Counted from the first letter of the stretch, positions 49,890-61,235 are shown. The stretch is 64,000 nucleotides of DNA from Candidatus Eiseniibacteriota bacterium (GCA_963707915.1 OY970178.1:3200001-3264000), one strand, 5' to 3'. The notes: a model not told the origin generated them from the sequence alone. Program-made: numbers and translations.

Positions 49890-50804
49890 ATGCCCGCCAT
49901 CGAGGTCGCCGGCCTGCGCAAGCGCTTCGGCCCGGTCCACGCCCTGCGCGGCGTGAGCTTCGCGCTCGAGCCGGGGGAGGTCTTCGGCTACCTCGGGCCC
50001 AACGGCGCGGGCAAGACCACGACCCTGCGCATCGCCGTCGGGCTGGTGCGCGCCGACGCCGGGGAGGTGCGCCTGCTGGGCGAGCCCGCGCGCCGCGCGA
50101 GCGCCCGCGAGCGCATCGGCTACCTGCCGGGCGAGCTGCGGTTGTGGGACGACTGGAGCGCCCGCGCACTGCTCGATCACTTCGCGCGCTGCCGCCCGTC
50201 CCGGCCGCCGGTGCTGCGCGGGCCGCTGCTCGAGGCATTCGGCTTCGCGGCGGCCGACCTCGGGCGCCGGGTGAAGTCCCTCTCCCACGGCACGCGCCGG
50301 AAGCTCGGCCTGGTGCTCGCGATGCAGCACGATCCCGACCTGCTGCTGCTCGACGAGCCCACCGCGGGCCTCGACCCGCTGGTGCAGCGCGCCTTCCGCG
50401 AGGTCGTGCTCGAGCGGGCGGCGGCGGGGCGCGCCGTGCTGCTCTCCTCCCACGTCCTCTCCGAGGTCGAGGCGGTGTGCGGCCGCGTGGCGATCCTGCG
50501 CGCCGGCGAGTTGCTCGCGCTCGAGTCCATCGAGAGCCTGCGCGCCCGCATGCTCCGGCGGGCGCGCGTGCGCTTCCGGGGCCCCGCGCCCGCCGGGCTC
50601 ACGCGCCTGGCCGGGGTCGAGCGGGCCGAGGTGGGCGGCAACGAGGCCACCCTGTGGGTGCGCGGGGACCCGAACCCGCTGCTGGCCGAGGTGGCCCGCG
50701 CCGGGGTCGAGCAGTTCGTCTTCCCCGAGCCGCAGCTCGAGGACATCTTCCTCGCCTACTACCGGGGCGGCCGCGACGCGGCGGACCCGGAGGCGCGGCG
50801 ATGA
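49890..50804 (+). CDS. ABC-2 type transporter ATP-binding protein
   Basis: GPNGAGKTT, LSHG, LLLLDEPTAGLDP, SSH. Confidence 0.95.
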   Translation: MPAIEVAGLRKRFGPVHALRGVSFALEPGEVFGYLGPNGAGKTTTLRIAVGLVRADAGEVRLLGEPARRASARERIGYLPGELRLWDDWSARALLDHFARCRPSRPPVLRGPLLEAFGFAAADLGRRVKSLSHGTRRKLGLVLAMQHDPDLLLLDEPTAGLDPLVQRAFREVVLERAAAGRAVLLSSHVLSEVEAVCGRVAILRAGELLALESIESLRARMLRRARVRFRGPAPAGLTRLAGVERAEVGGNEATLWVRGDPNPLLAEVARAGVEQFVFPEPQLEDIFLAYYRGGRDAADPEARR

Positions 50805-51601
50805 GGAACCTGCTGCGCGCCATGGCCGCGCGCCACGCGGCGTTCGTCCTCCTGAGCGGCCTGATGCTGGCGGGGTTCCAGTTCCTGATCTGCGCGGCGG
50901 TCGCCTCGGTGGACGTGAGCGGGGCGATCGAGACGCTCCTGCAGTCGCTGCCGCCGATGTTGCAGTCCGTGGTGTCCGCCACCCTGTTCGGCGGGTTCTC
51001 CGTGCACGGATTGCTGGCCTTCGGCTGGAACCACCCGGTCGCGCAGGCGATCGGGGCGGCGGTGGCGATCGTGCTGGCGGCGGGCGCGGTGGCGGGCGAG
51101 ACGGAGAGCGGCGCGATCGAGCTGCTGCTGAGCCAGCCGCTCTCCCGCGCGCGCTACTTCGCGGCGCAGGCCGGCTTCGCGCTCGCGGTCCTCGCGTTGC
51201 TCGGCCTCGCGGGTGTGGGGGGCACGCTCCTCGGGCAGCACGTGTTCCGGCTCGAGCCGTTCGCCGGGGCCGCGCTCGCGCGGCTCGGCGCGAGCTACCT
51301 GCTGCTGCAGTGCGCGTGGTTCGGCGTCACCCTGCTGTTCTCGGCGTTCGGGCGCGCGGGCGGGCGCGCGGCGGGCGCCGGGTTCCTGGTCGCGCTCGCC
51401 TCCTACGTCGTGCAGGTCATCGGTCAACTCTGGGAACGCGCCGCGTGGCTGGCCCCGTTCACGCTCCAGCACTACTTCCGGCCGCAGGACGTCCTGGTGA
51501 GGGGCGCGGGCATCGCCCGGTCGGCGGCGGTGCTGCTCGGAGTGACGCTCCTGACGACGGCCGTGGCGTGGTGGCGCTTCCGCAGGCGCGACCTGCCGTG
51601 A
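50801..51601 (+). CDS. ABC-2 type transporter permease
   Basis: ATGA coupling; 6 TM helices; AGETESGAIELLLSQPLSR; C-terminal FRRRDL. Confidence 0.92.
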   Translation: MRNLLRAMAARHAAFVLLSGLMLAGFQFLICAAVASVDVSGAIETLLQSLPPMLQSVVSATLFGGFSVHGLLAFGWNHPVAQAIGAAVAIVLAAGAVAGETESGAIELLLSQPLSRARYFAAQAGFALAVLALLGLAGVGGTLLGQHVFRLEPFAGAALARLGASYLLLQCAWFGVTLLFSAFGRAGGRAAGAGFLVALASYVVQVIGQLWERAAWLAPFTLQHYFRPQDVLVRGAGIARSAAVLLGVTLLTTAVAWWRFRRRDLP

Positions 51602-51626
51602 CGGCGGGGGGCCGGCGGGTGGCGGC

Positions 51627-52007
51627 TCAGCCCTCGAACACCACCGTCGCGACCGCCAGCCCGCCGTCGTGGGTGAGCGAGACGTGGGCCGCGCTGCAGC
51701 CGAGGGCCGCGAACAACTCCCGCCCGCGGCCGTGGAGCTCGAGGCGCGGCTGGCGGCCACCGGGCTGGACGACCTCGAAGTCCTTCCAGCCGACACCCTG
51801 GCTCATGCCCGTGCCGAGCGCCTTCGAGGCCGCCTCCTTGGCTGCGAAGCGCGCCGCGAGGTGGGGCAGCGGGTCCTGGAACGATCGGCAGTAGGCCAGC
51901 TCGCCCGCGGTGAAGAGACGCCGCTCCATCCGCTCGCCGAAGCGCCCGAGGGCCTCGGCGATGCGCTCGACCTTCACGACATCCACTCCGATCCCGCGGA
52001 CGGGCAT
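51627..52007 (-). CDS. acpS: Holo-[ACP] synthase
   Basis: GIGVDVV...RI, FT..E..Y, AARFAAKEA.SKALGTG, HVSLTHD. Confidence 0.96.
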   Translation of the reverse strand: MPVRGIGVDVVKVERIAEALGRFGERMERRLFTAGELAYCRSFQDPLPHLAARFAAKEAASKALGTGMSQGVGWKDFEVVQPGGRQPRLELHGRGRELFAALGCSAAHVSLTHDGGLAVATVVFEG

Positions 52008-52035
52008 GGATCCTCCGAAGCCGGTTGAGTGCGCC

Positions 52036-52064
52036 AATCTAGGGAGCGCGGGCCGGAGTGGCAA
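52036..52064 (-). promoter_or_regulatory. Sigma70 promoter for acpS
   Basis: The minus strand reads TTGCCA-N17-TAGATT. Confidence 0.65.
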
Positions 52065-52134
52065 GCCCGCCCGACGCGCGCCGGCGGCAGCGGGACCGGC
52101 CCCGCGCCCGGGACGCGCCGCGGCCCGCCCCGCC

Positions 52135-52164
52135 TTGACGCCCCGACGGCCGCCCTCGTAGAGT
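52135..52164 (+). promoter_or_regulatory. Sigma70 promoter for the tgt operon
   Basis: TTGACG-N18-TAGAGT. Confidence 0.6.
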
Positions 52165-52291
52165 CCCCGTGAACCTTACCGGCGCTGCGGCCCTGCGGGG
52201 CGCGGCAGTCCGGATGCGAGGTGGCCGGCCGCGGCGGGATCGTCGCGCGTCCTCCGGCCGCCCGGCGCCAGCGGCAACCCCCCGGGGCTCG

Positions 52292-53495
<1,204 letters not shown>

Positions 53496-53542
53496 CAAGC
53501 CCGCCGGCCGCGCAGGCCGGCCTTCCAACCGAGGATCCACCC

Positions 53543-53896
53543 ATGCTCATGGTCAGCAGCGCATTCGCCCAGGGGTTGTTCGGCGGCGGCGGTTCGGCCG
53601 CATCCGGCTCGTCCAACCCCAACATGACGTTCCTCCTGCAGATCGCGCAGTTCCTGCCGATCATCGCCATCTTCTACCTCTTGCTCATCCGCCCGCAGCA
53701 GCAGCAGGCGAAGAAGATGAAGGCGATGCTGGCCGCGCTCAAGAAGGGCGACAAGGTCGTGACCTCGGGCGGTCTGATGGGCACGATCGTCGGTCTCGAG
53801 GAGCAGAAGGCGGTGCTGCGCGTGTCCGACGACGTCAAGATGGAGTTCCTCAAGAGCGCCATCGTGAGCGTCGTGACGGAGGGCCCGCAGAAGTGA
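53543..53896 (+). CDS. yajC: Preprotein translocase subunit YajC
   Basis: [25 protein letters not shown]; follows tgt. Confidence 0.96.
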   Translation: MLMVSSAFAQGLFGGGGSAASGSSNPNMTFLLQIAQFLPIIAIFYLLLIRPQQQQAKKMKAMLAALKKGDKVVTSGGLMGTIVGLEEQKAVLRVSDDVKMEFLKSAIVSVVTEGPQK

Positions 53897-54454
53897 GCCT
53901 GCGGCCGGTGCGCATCTACGGCGACCCCGTGCTGCGCGCGAGGGCGGTCGAGGTGACGGGGGTGGACGACACCCTGCGGCAGCTGATCGCCGACCTGCGC
54001 GAGACCATGCGGGCGTACGGCGGCGTGGGGCTCGCCGCCAACCAGGTCGGCGTGGCGCAGCGCGTGCTGGTCGTGGACGTGCCGCAGGAGGAGGGCGAGC
54101 GCGCGGCGCACGCGCTCGTCAACCCGGTGGTGAAGCGGCGCGTCGGCACCATCAGCGGCGAGGAGGGCTGCCTCTCGCTGCCCGGCATCTGGGAGGACGT
54201 GACGCGCTCCGAGCGCGTGGTGGTCGAGGCGCTCGACGAGGAGGGCCGCCGGCTGGTGCTGGACGCCGAGGGCTACCTCGCGCGCGCCATCCAGCACGAG
54301 ATCGACCACCTCGACGGCGTGCTGTTCGTGGACCGGCTCTCGCCGCTCAAGCGCCAGTTCCTGCGGCGCTCGCTCGACGAGCTGGCGCGCGGCGAGCTGC
54401 CCGAGGACTACCACCCGCCGGTGGACCGGCGGGGGACGCGGAGGCTCCTTCTGA
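53893..54454 (+). CDS. def: Peptide deformylase. As read it runs in-frame into fmt; the end given assumes one extra base near 54428-54435.
   Basis: [37 protein letters not shown]. Confidence 0.92.
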
Positions 54455-55411
54455 GCGGCCCGCGGGTCGTGTTCATGGGCACGCCGGACTTCGCCGTGCC
54501 CGCCCTGCGCGCCGTGGCCCGCTGCTGCGAGGTCGTGCTGGTGGTCACGCAGCCCGACCGGCCGAAGGGCCGCGGCCGCGCGCTGGCCGAATCGGAGGTC
54601 GCGCTCGAGGCGGCGCGGCTCGGCCTGCCGGTCGAGAAGCCCGCGGACATGAAGGCCGCGGCGGTGCGGGAGCGGCTGGCCGCGCTCGCGCCCGACCTGT
54701 TCGCGGTCGTGGCCTTCGGCGCGATCCTCGATCCCGCCCTGCTGGCGGTGCCGCGGCTCGGCTCCGTCAACCTGCACGGCTCGCTCCTGCCGGAGTACCG
54801 CGGGGCCTCGCCGGTGCAGCGCGCGCTGTGGGACGGCCGCGCCTTCACCGGCGTGACCACGCTGTTCATGGACGAGGGTGTGGACACCGGAGAGATGATC
54901 CTGCAGCGCTGGCTCGCGATCGAGCCCGGGGACCACGCCGGCACGCTGGCGGCGAAGCTCGCCGGGCTGGGAGCGCCGCTGCTGGCCGAGAGCCTGCTGC
55001 TCGCGGAGGCCGGCCGGGCGCCGCGGCGCCCGCAGGCGCGGGACGCCGGCTCGTACGCGCGCAAGCTGCGCAAGGAGGACGGCGTGGTGGACTGGGAGCT
55101 CGACGCGGTCACGGTGTGGAACCGGCAGCGGGCGGTGACGCCGTGGCCCGGAGCGACCACCGCCTTCGAGGGCCGGCGCCTGCTGGTCACGGATGCGTGG
55201 CCCGCACCACCGGCTGGCGGTGCCCGATCCGCCGGGGACCGTGCTGGCCGTGACCCGCGAGGGCGTGATGGTGGCCTGCGCCCCCGGCGTGCTGCTGGTG
55301 ACGCGCGTGAAGCCCGAGGGCCGCCCCGGGATGAGCGCGGCCGAGTGGGCGCGCGGCGCGCGGCTCGCGGCCGGCGCGCGCCTGGCGCTCCAGCCGCAGG
55401 TGCCCGCGTGA
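54451..55411 (+). CDS. fmt: Methionyl-tRNA formyltransferase; one extra base at ~55201-55203
   Basis: VVFMGTPDFAV, VTQPDRPKGRG, NLHGSLLP.YRGASP, DEGVDTG, YARKL.K.DG..DW, PWPGA; the C-terminus PGTVL...VKPEGR..M.A.EW is in the +1 frame. Confidence 0.93.
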
Positions 55412-57022
55412 GCCCTCCCGGCGGCGGGTCGCGCGGTGGCGAGGGCCGGGGCCAGGGGCCGCGCCGCAAGGCCCGTCCTCCCGCCGTCCCGCCCTCGGGC
55501 CAGGCCGGCGCGGTGAACCGCTCGCGCCCGATCTACGAGCCCGGTCCGAAGCGCGGCCGCAGGCCCGGCGGGCCGGCGCGGCGCTTCGAGCGCCCGGGGG
55601 CGGGGCAGCCCGGCGCGGGCCGCGGCGGCGACCCCGGCCGCGGGCCCGCCGGCCGCCCGGGGCGTCCCTTCGAGGAGGAGGGCCCGCCGCCGCTGCCCTC
55701 GAACCCCCGCGAGGCCGCGCTCCGCATCCTGCACGCGGCCGACACGCGCAGCGCCTTCAGCGACCGGATGCTCGACGGCGCGCACGCGCGCGGCGGCCCC
55801 GATCCGCGCGACCAGGCCCTCATGCACGAGCTGGTGAAGGGCACCCTGCGCTGGCGCGGCCGGCTGGACTGGGCGCTCGACCCGCTGATCCACATCGGCT
55901 TCTCGCAGGTCCAGCCCTGGATCCGGAACATCCTGCGGCTCGGCGCCTACCAGATCCTGTTCCTCGACCGCGTGCCGCCGCACGCCGCGGTGGACGAGTC
56001 GGTGAAGCTCGCGCACAAGTACGGGCACCCCGGCACGGCCGGGCTGGTGAACAGCGTGCTGCGCCGGCTGGTCGAGGAGAAGGACACGCTCGTGCCGCCG
56101 CCGGGCGACGACGCCGAGTCGCTGTCGGTGTGGGGCTCGCATCCGCGCTGGATCGTCGAGCGCTGGCTCGCGCGCTTCGGTCCCGAGGCCACGCGCGCGC
56201 TGCTGATGGCCGACAACCGCGCGGTGCCGGTGGGGCTGCGCGTGAACCGCCTGCGCGTGACGCGCGACGAGCTGGTCGCGAAGCTCGCGGAGGCGGGGGT
56301 GACCGCGACGCCCGCGCGGCTGGCGAGCGACCTGGTGTGGATCGAGGGCACGCACGCGCCGGGCGCCCTCGAGGTGTTCAAGCGCGGGCTGTGCACGGTG
56401 CAGGACGAGAGCGAGGCGCTGGTCTGCCGCCTGGTCGCCCCGCAGCCGCACGAGCGGCTGCTCGACCTGTGCGCGGCGCCCGGCGGCAAGTGCACGCACC
56501 TGGCGGAGCTGATGGACGACGAGGGCGAGGTCTGGGCGATGGAACGTGCCGAGGCGCGCGTCGCCTCGCTGCGAGGCCACGGTCACGCGGCTCGGCACCC
56601 ACGCGGTGCACGTCGTGCTCGGGGACGGGCGCTCCTACCCGTTCCCGATGCCCTTCGACCGCGTGCTGGTGGACGCGCCCTGCACCGGGCTCGGCGTGCT
56701 CGGCCGCCGTGCCGACGCGCGCTGGCGCAAGGGACCGGAGATGCTGCGCGAGCTGCCGCCGACGCAGCTCGAGCTGCTCTCGGCCGGCGGACGCCGGGCG
56801 CGCCCGGGCGGCGTGCTGGTCTACAGCGTCTGCTCGTTCGAGCCCGAGGAGACGACCGCGGTGGTCGAGCGCTTCCTGCGCCAGGACCCGGCCTTCGTGC
56901 TGGAGAGCACGCACGGCCTGGTGCCCGACGAACTCGTGGACGAGGACGGCTTCATGCGCGTCCTGCCCCACGTGCACGGCTGTGACGGCGCCTTCGCCGC
57001 GCGCTTCCGCAAGCTCCTGTGA
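55408..57022 (+). CDS. rsmB: 16S rRNA m5C967 methyltransferase RsmB/Sun with a long Gly/Arg/Pro N-terminal extension; one extra base at ~56571
   Basis: NusB domain (LRLGAYQILFLD.VP.HAAVDESV, VNSVLR), SHP.W, VQDE, DLCAAPGGK, then +1 frame DRVLVDAPCTGLG, LVYSVCS, DGAFAA. Confidence 0.93.
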
Positions 57023-57855
57023 GCCCCGAACCGGACGGCGGCGGACACCGCGACGACGCGCCCGGGGCGCCCACCGCGCCCACGGCGCCCGAGGCGGCGA
57101 CCTGGCCGCGCGTGGAGCGCCGGCGGCCGGGCCGCGCGCAGCGCACGGCGATGATCCTGCTGGTGCTGGCCGGCGCGGCGTTCGCCACCGGTCTGGCGCT
57201 CTTCAACGGGCTGGTGATGCCGCAGCTCATCCACGGCCGCGGCGAGGTGCGCGTGCCGGACCTCGCCAGCCTGAGCGTGGAGCAGGCCGAGCAGTCCCTG
57301 CGGCAGCTGGGGCTCCGGCTCTCGCGCTCGGGCGAGCGCTTCGACCCGGCCGTGCCGCGCGGGCTCGTCCTGCAGCAGGACCCGCCGGCCCAGACCGCGG
57401 TGCGCGCGGGCCGTCGCGTCTCGGTGGTGGTGAGCTTGGGGGAGGAGTTCAGCTCGGTGCCGCAGTTGTTCGGCATCTCGCTGCGGGGCGCGCGCGTCCT
57501 GGTCGAGCGCACCGGTCTCACCGTGGGCGGCGTGACGCGCGCGCCGTCGGAGGACGTGGGCGAGGGGCTGGTCGTGGCGACCGACCCGCCGGCCGAGAGC
57601 GTGCTGCCGCGCGAGGCGCCGGTGGGCCTGCTGGTCTCGACCGGCAGCGCGGCCGAGAGCTTCGTGATGCCCGAGCTCCTCGGCCGCGACCTGCTCGCCG
57701 TGCGCCGCCAGCTCGAGGCCATCGGCTTTCGCGTGGTGACCCCCGAGGGCGCGAGCGCGCGCGGCATGGTCATCGTGCAGCAGCCGGCGCCGGGCCTGCG
57801 GGTGGACCGCGGCACGCTCGTCACCCTTCAGGGCAACGGGAGGTCATCGTCATGA
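57019..57855 (+). CDS. Membrane-anchored protein with three PASTA domains and no kinase domain
   Basis: TM helix, then VRVPDL, VPQLFG and VMPELLG repeats with G.V..Q.P..G/VS.G motifs. Confidence 0.9.
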   Translation: MSPEPDGGGHRDDAPGAPTAPTAPEAATWPRVERRRPGRAQRTAMILLVLAGAAFATGLALFNGLVMPQLIHGRGEVRVPDLASLSVEQAEQSLRQLGLRLSRSGERFDPAVPRGLVLQQDPPAQTAVRAGRRVSVVVSLGEEFSSVPQLFGISLRGARVLVERTGLTVGGVTRAPSEDVGEGLVVATDPPAESVLPREAPVGLLVSTGSAAESFVMPELLGRDLLAVRRQLEAIGFRVVTPEGASARGMVIVQQPAPGLRVDRGTLVTLQGNGRSSS

Positions 57856-58529
57856 GTGCTGCGCCGCATCCGCTCACCGGCCCGATCGTGGCTCCCTCGC
57901 TGCTCTCGGCCGACCTCGCGCGCCTCGACGCGGCGCTGGCCATCGTGGACCCCGCGCGTGACTGGGTGCACTGCGACATCATGGACAACCACTTCGTGCC
58001 GAACCTCACCTTCGGGCCGATCGTGGTGGCCGCGGCCCGGCGGCTCACCGGCGCGTTCCTCGACGTGCACCTGATGGTCGAGCGGCCCGAGACCCTGCTC
58101 GCGGGCTTCCGGGCCGCGGGTGCCGACCTTCTCACGGTGCACCTCGAGGCCTGCGCCGACCCCGGCGCGACGCTGGCCGCGGTGCGCGCGACCGGCGCGC
58201 AGGTCGGACTGACGCTCCGGCCGGGCACGCCGTTCGCCCAGGCCGAGCCGTGGCTGGCGGACCTCGACCTGTTCCTGGTCATGACCGTCGAGCCGGGCTT
58301 CGGCGGGCAGGCGTTCATGCCCGGCATGCTGGAGAAGGTGCGCGCGGCGCGGGAGTGGCGCGCGCGGCACGGGGCGCGCTACCGCATCGAGGTGGACGGC
58401 GGCATCTCGCCGGCGACCGCGCCGCAGTGCCGCGCGGCCGGCGCGGACGTGTTCGTGGCGGGCAGCGCCATCTACTCGCAGGACGATCCGCAGCGGGCGC
58501 TGGAGGCACTGCGCGCCGCGATCGGCTGA
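57852..58529 (+). CDS. rpe: Ribulose-phosphate 3-epimerase
   Basis: APSLLSAD, HCDIMD.HFVPNLTFG, DVHLMV, MTVEPGFGGQ, IEVDGGI, VAGSA. Confidence 0.97.
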   Translation: MSAAPHPLTGPIVAPSLLSADLARLDAALAIVDPARDWVHCDIMDNHFVPNLTFGPIVVAAARRLTGAFLDVHLMVERPETLLAGFRAAGADLLTVHLEACADPGATLAAVRATGAQVGLTLRPGTPFAQAEPWLADLDLFLVMTVEPGFGGQAFMPGMLEKVRAAREWRARHGARYRIEVDGGISPATAPQCRAAGADVFVAGSAIYSQDDPQRALEALRAAIG

Positions 58530-58599
58530 GGACCGCGCGTCGGGCGGCGCGCCGGCCGCGCGCCGGCGCACGCGCGACACCGCAGGCAGGGAGGAAGCG

Positions 58600-59121
58600 A
58601 TGGGCCAGCTGGACGAGGTGCTGAACGCCGACGAGAAGCTGCTGTTCCGCACCCGGCTGCACTGGCTGCCGTGCGCGCCGTCCGCGCTCGTGGTCGTGCT
58701 GATCGGCGTGGCCGTCATCGCCGCGCTGGCGGTGTTCGCGCGCGGTCCCGTGGCGGACCTGTTCGCCCGCGAGCCGATGCTGGCCTCGATCCTCGCGCTC
58801 GGGCTGGTGCTGGTCGTGATCATGCCGCTGGTCGTCATCCGCTTCCTGGTCGCCACGCACCAGTTCGGGGTGACCGACCGGCGCGTGATCGCCCGCATGG
58901 GCTGGGTCAGCACGCGCACCGTGGACCTGAACGTGACCAAGGTGGAGTCGCTGGTGATCGAGCAGGGCGCGCTCGGGCGCCTGTTCCGCTACGGCGACCT
59001 CAAGGTGGTGGGCACCGGCGGGACCGCCGAGGTCTTCCGCGGCGTGAAGGACCCGATCGGCTTCCGCAAGGCGGTGAACCTGGCCGCGGACCGCACCGGG
59101 GCGGGGGTGGGAAGGGCGTGA
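58600..59121 (+). CDS. bPH_2 (YdbS-like) membrane protein
   Basis: L..DEK......HW, 2 TM helices, VTDRRVI...G, KVES..I.Q..LGR.F.YGD....GTGG. Confidence 0.85.
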   Translation: MGQLDEVLNADEKLLFRTRLHWLPCAPSALVVVLIGVAVIAALAVFARGPVADLFAREPMLASILALGLVLVVIMPLVVIRFLVATHQFGVTDRRVIARMGWVSTRTVDLNVTKVESLVIEQGALGRLFRYGDLKVVGTGGTAEVFRGVKDPIGFRKAVNLAADRTGAGVGRA

Positions 59122-59127
59122 GGCCCG

Positions 59128-60957
59128 TCAACGGACTTGCGGCCGCCCAGGCTCAGCCGACGGTCGCGCCGAGCGCGCGATCTGCCGGGCCAGCCAGTCG
59201 GTCGAGTCGCGCACGGCGCTGAGCGGATAGCCCATCCTGCCGGCGACGAGCGCGTAGCACGACTCGGCGCGCACTGCGTCGCCCATCAGCCGATAGCACG
59301 CTGCCGCGTAGACCAGCCCATGGGCGCCCCATGGCAGAGAACTCAGCTTGCCATACTCTGTCGCGGCGGCGGGCAGGTCCCAGGCACGTAGGAACAGGTC
59401 CGCGAGGACCTCGTGGTCGTGCTCCCACGAGGGATTCGTGCGCTGGGCGAGATCCACTGCCTCGGGTCCCCGGTGCACTTCGATGAGACCGGCGGTGCTG
59501 TCGAACCTGAAGAAGAAGTCGCGCTCCTCGTGACCGTCGACGCGGGGTGTGTACTGCGAGTAGTAGAGCCCCCTCAGGGTGGTGTCGCGGTACCACACGC
59601 GCAGACTCGGGCCGTCGCCGGCCAGGAGGCCGATGTTGTTGGGAACATGCACGAAGAAGATGCGCGAGGCCGGCGGGAACGATGGGTACTGCCGCACGAG
59701 CTCCTGACGGATGGCTCCGAGGATGTTTCCCGCCCGGTGCAGGTACCATTCGCTGCCCCAGTCCCAGGACAGCGTGTAGGCTTGGGAAGCTCTAAGCATT
59801 GCCAGGAGCGTGACCAAGAGGACGGCCGCGCGAGGCCACCGGGACAGCCAGGTCCCGATGATCAGCCAGGCCCCGAGCGATCCCATCACACCGTAGTACG
59901 CATGCCAGCCGATTGAAGGCATCAGGAGGACGCTCCAGCCTGCCAGAGCCAAGATGAGGCCGAGCAGCATGACGCGGCCCGGTCGCGGCAACGTCTCGTC
60001 ACTTCGGGAGCGTACAGCTCCCAGCCCGACGAGGGCGGCGAGGATGACCGCTCCCGCAACCCCAACCGCCAGCGACGTCCCGACGTAGCCGTTGGGGTGC
60101 GGCAGGGAGTCGAGGTTGATCTGGGCCAGCAAGGTCCTGGCGATGGTCGTGACCGGCGACGGTCGCTCGACCGTCTCCAGCGAGGTGCGAAGCGTGCCGA
60201 AGAACCTTGTTCCCAGCAACGGGTGAGTCAGAGCCCATGCCAGAGTGATCAGCCACAGATGCAGTGTGCACAGCGTGGACTCCCACACACTCCGCCTATT
60301 CAAGAGCACGAGGCAGCCGACCGCCAGGGCCGGAAGGACCACCGCGGATTCCTTACTCATCAGGGCGAGGGCCATGGGTGCCGTTGCCCACGCGAGTCGG
60401 CCACGCGCGATCAGGTGCAGAAACACGAGAGAGAAGAGCAGGACCCACAGGTCCTGCGCCCCCGCGGCCCACGAAAGTGGTGTGCCCCAGAGCGCCAGGC
60501 TAGCGAGTCCCGCCGTCGCGATCGCGGCGGCGGCCTGGCCCGCGACCCGGCGCACCCAAGCGAAGTACATACCCATGACGCCTAGCCACAGCGCGAAGCT
60601 GACCACGTGGTAGGGCGGTTCCCAGGGCCCGAAGACGTGCTGGAGCACCCAGTAGTGCAACTCTCGCGACCAGGGTCGGTACCAGCCGAAGAGGAGGTCA
60701 TGCCGCTTCCAAAGCGAGCTGAAGGAGGCGAGGCGCGTGCCATCCAGGAAGAAGTAGTCGTCGTTGACGAACGCCAGGGAGAATACGTGCGGGTACTGCG
60801 TGGCGAGAAACATGAGCAACAGGAGCAGAGTCGCGGGCAGAGCGATGAGCCTCCCCGGGAGCCGAGGGCTGGCGCCGCGAGGCCCCGGACTGTCGGGCGG
60901 AACCCGCGTTCTCCCGGTTCGCTGGTTGCTCCTCCCGGCCGGATGGGGATGTCTCAT
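59128..60957 (-). CDS. Polytopic GT-C-like membrane glycosyltransferase with a soluble C-terminal domain; atypical lower-GC gene; start approximate
   Basis: F.NDDYFFL, WYRP, YH..S..L, ALMSKE.AV..P motifs; about 11 TM helices; short TPR-like end. Confidence 0.75.
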   Translation of the reverse strand: MRHPHPAGRSNQRTGRTRVPPDSPGPRGASPRLPGRLIALPATLLLLLMFLATQYPHVFSLAFVNDDYFFLDGTRLASFSSLWKRHDLLFGWYRPWSRELHYWVLQHVFGPWEPPYHVVSFALWLGVMGMYFAWVRRVAGQAAAAIATAGLASLALWGTPLSWAAGAQDLWVLLFSLVFLHLIARGRLAWATAPMALALMSKESAVVLPALAVGCLVLLNRRSVWESTLCTLHLWLITLAWALTHPLLGTRFFGTLRTSLETVERPSPVTTIARTLLAQINLDSLPHPNGYVGTSLAVGVAGAVILAALVGLGAVRSRSDETLPRPGRVMLLGLILALAGWSVLLMPSIGWHAYYGVMGSLGAWLIIGTWLSRWPRAAVLLVTLLAMLRASQAYTLSWDWGSEWYLHRAGNILGAIRQELVRQYPSFPPASRIFFVHVPNNIGLLAGDGPSLRVWYRDTTLRGLYYSQYTPRVDGHEERDFFFRFDSTAGLIEVHRGPEAVDLAQRTNPSWEHDHEVLADLFLRAWDLPAAATEYGKLSSLPWGAHGLVYAAACYRLMGDAVRAESCYALVAGRMGYPLSAVRDSTDWLARQIARSARPSAEPGRPQVR

Positions 60958-61028
60958 CGCGTGGGCATAGGCACGGTCACGGTTTGGCAGGTCTCCAGTC
61001 CTCGATACGTCCCTTGGTCGAGGATCGA

Positions 61029-61057
61029 ATCTTGCCGCCGGAGTGCGGGGCTGTCCA
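61029..61057 (-). promoter_or_regulatory. Candidate sigma70 promoter for the GT-C-like gene
   Basis: The minus strand reads TGGACA-N17-CAAGAT; the -35 lies inside the palindrome GGGGCTG-TC-CAGCCCC. Confidence 0.4.
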
Positions 61058-61198
61058 GCCCCCGTGGCGTGGGCAACCCCCCCCTCGGAGGCGGAATCGG
61101 AGGCCACCCGCCTCGGCCCGGACCCAGCCCCCCCTGCCGGGCGCGGCGTAGCGGCGCGGTGCCGCCGGTGGCGCGCTCTGGAGCGCGCTCCGCCGCTG

Positions 61199-61207
61199 TG
61201 CTAACTT
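61199..61207 (+). promoter_or_regulatory. Extended -10 promoter for ffh
   Basis: TG-C-TAACTT, followed by SD aaagga and GTG 61236. Confidence 0.5.
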
Positions 61208-61235
61208 CCACGCCCTCGCCGAACGGAAAGGACCC

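Noticed and set aside
61010..61050. tRNA T-arm-like string GAGGATCGAATCTTG
   Set aside because: No TTC, no cloverleaf and no acceptor stem or CCA; better explained as a promoter and palindromes.
60960..61235. SRP RNA (ffs) expected near ffh
   Set aside because: No domain IV motif (CAGG-N-GNRA-N-AGCAG) found on either strand.
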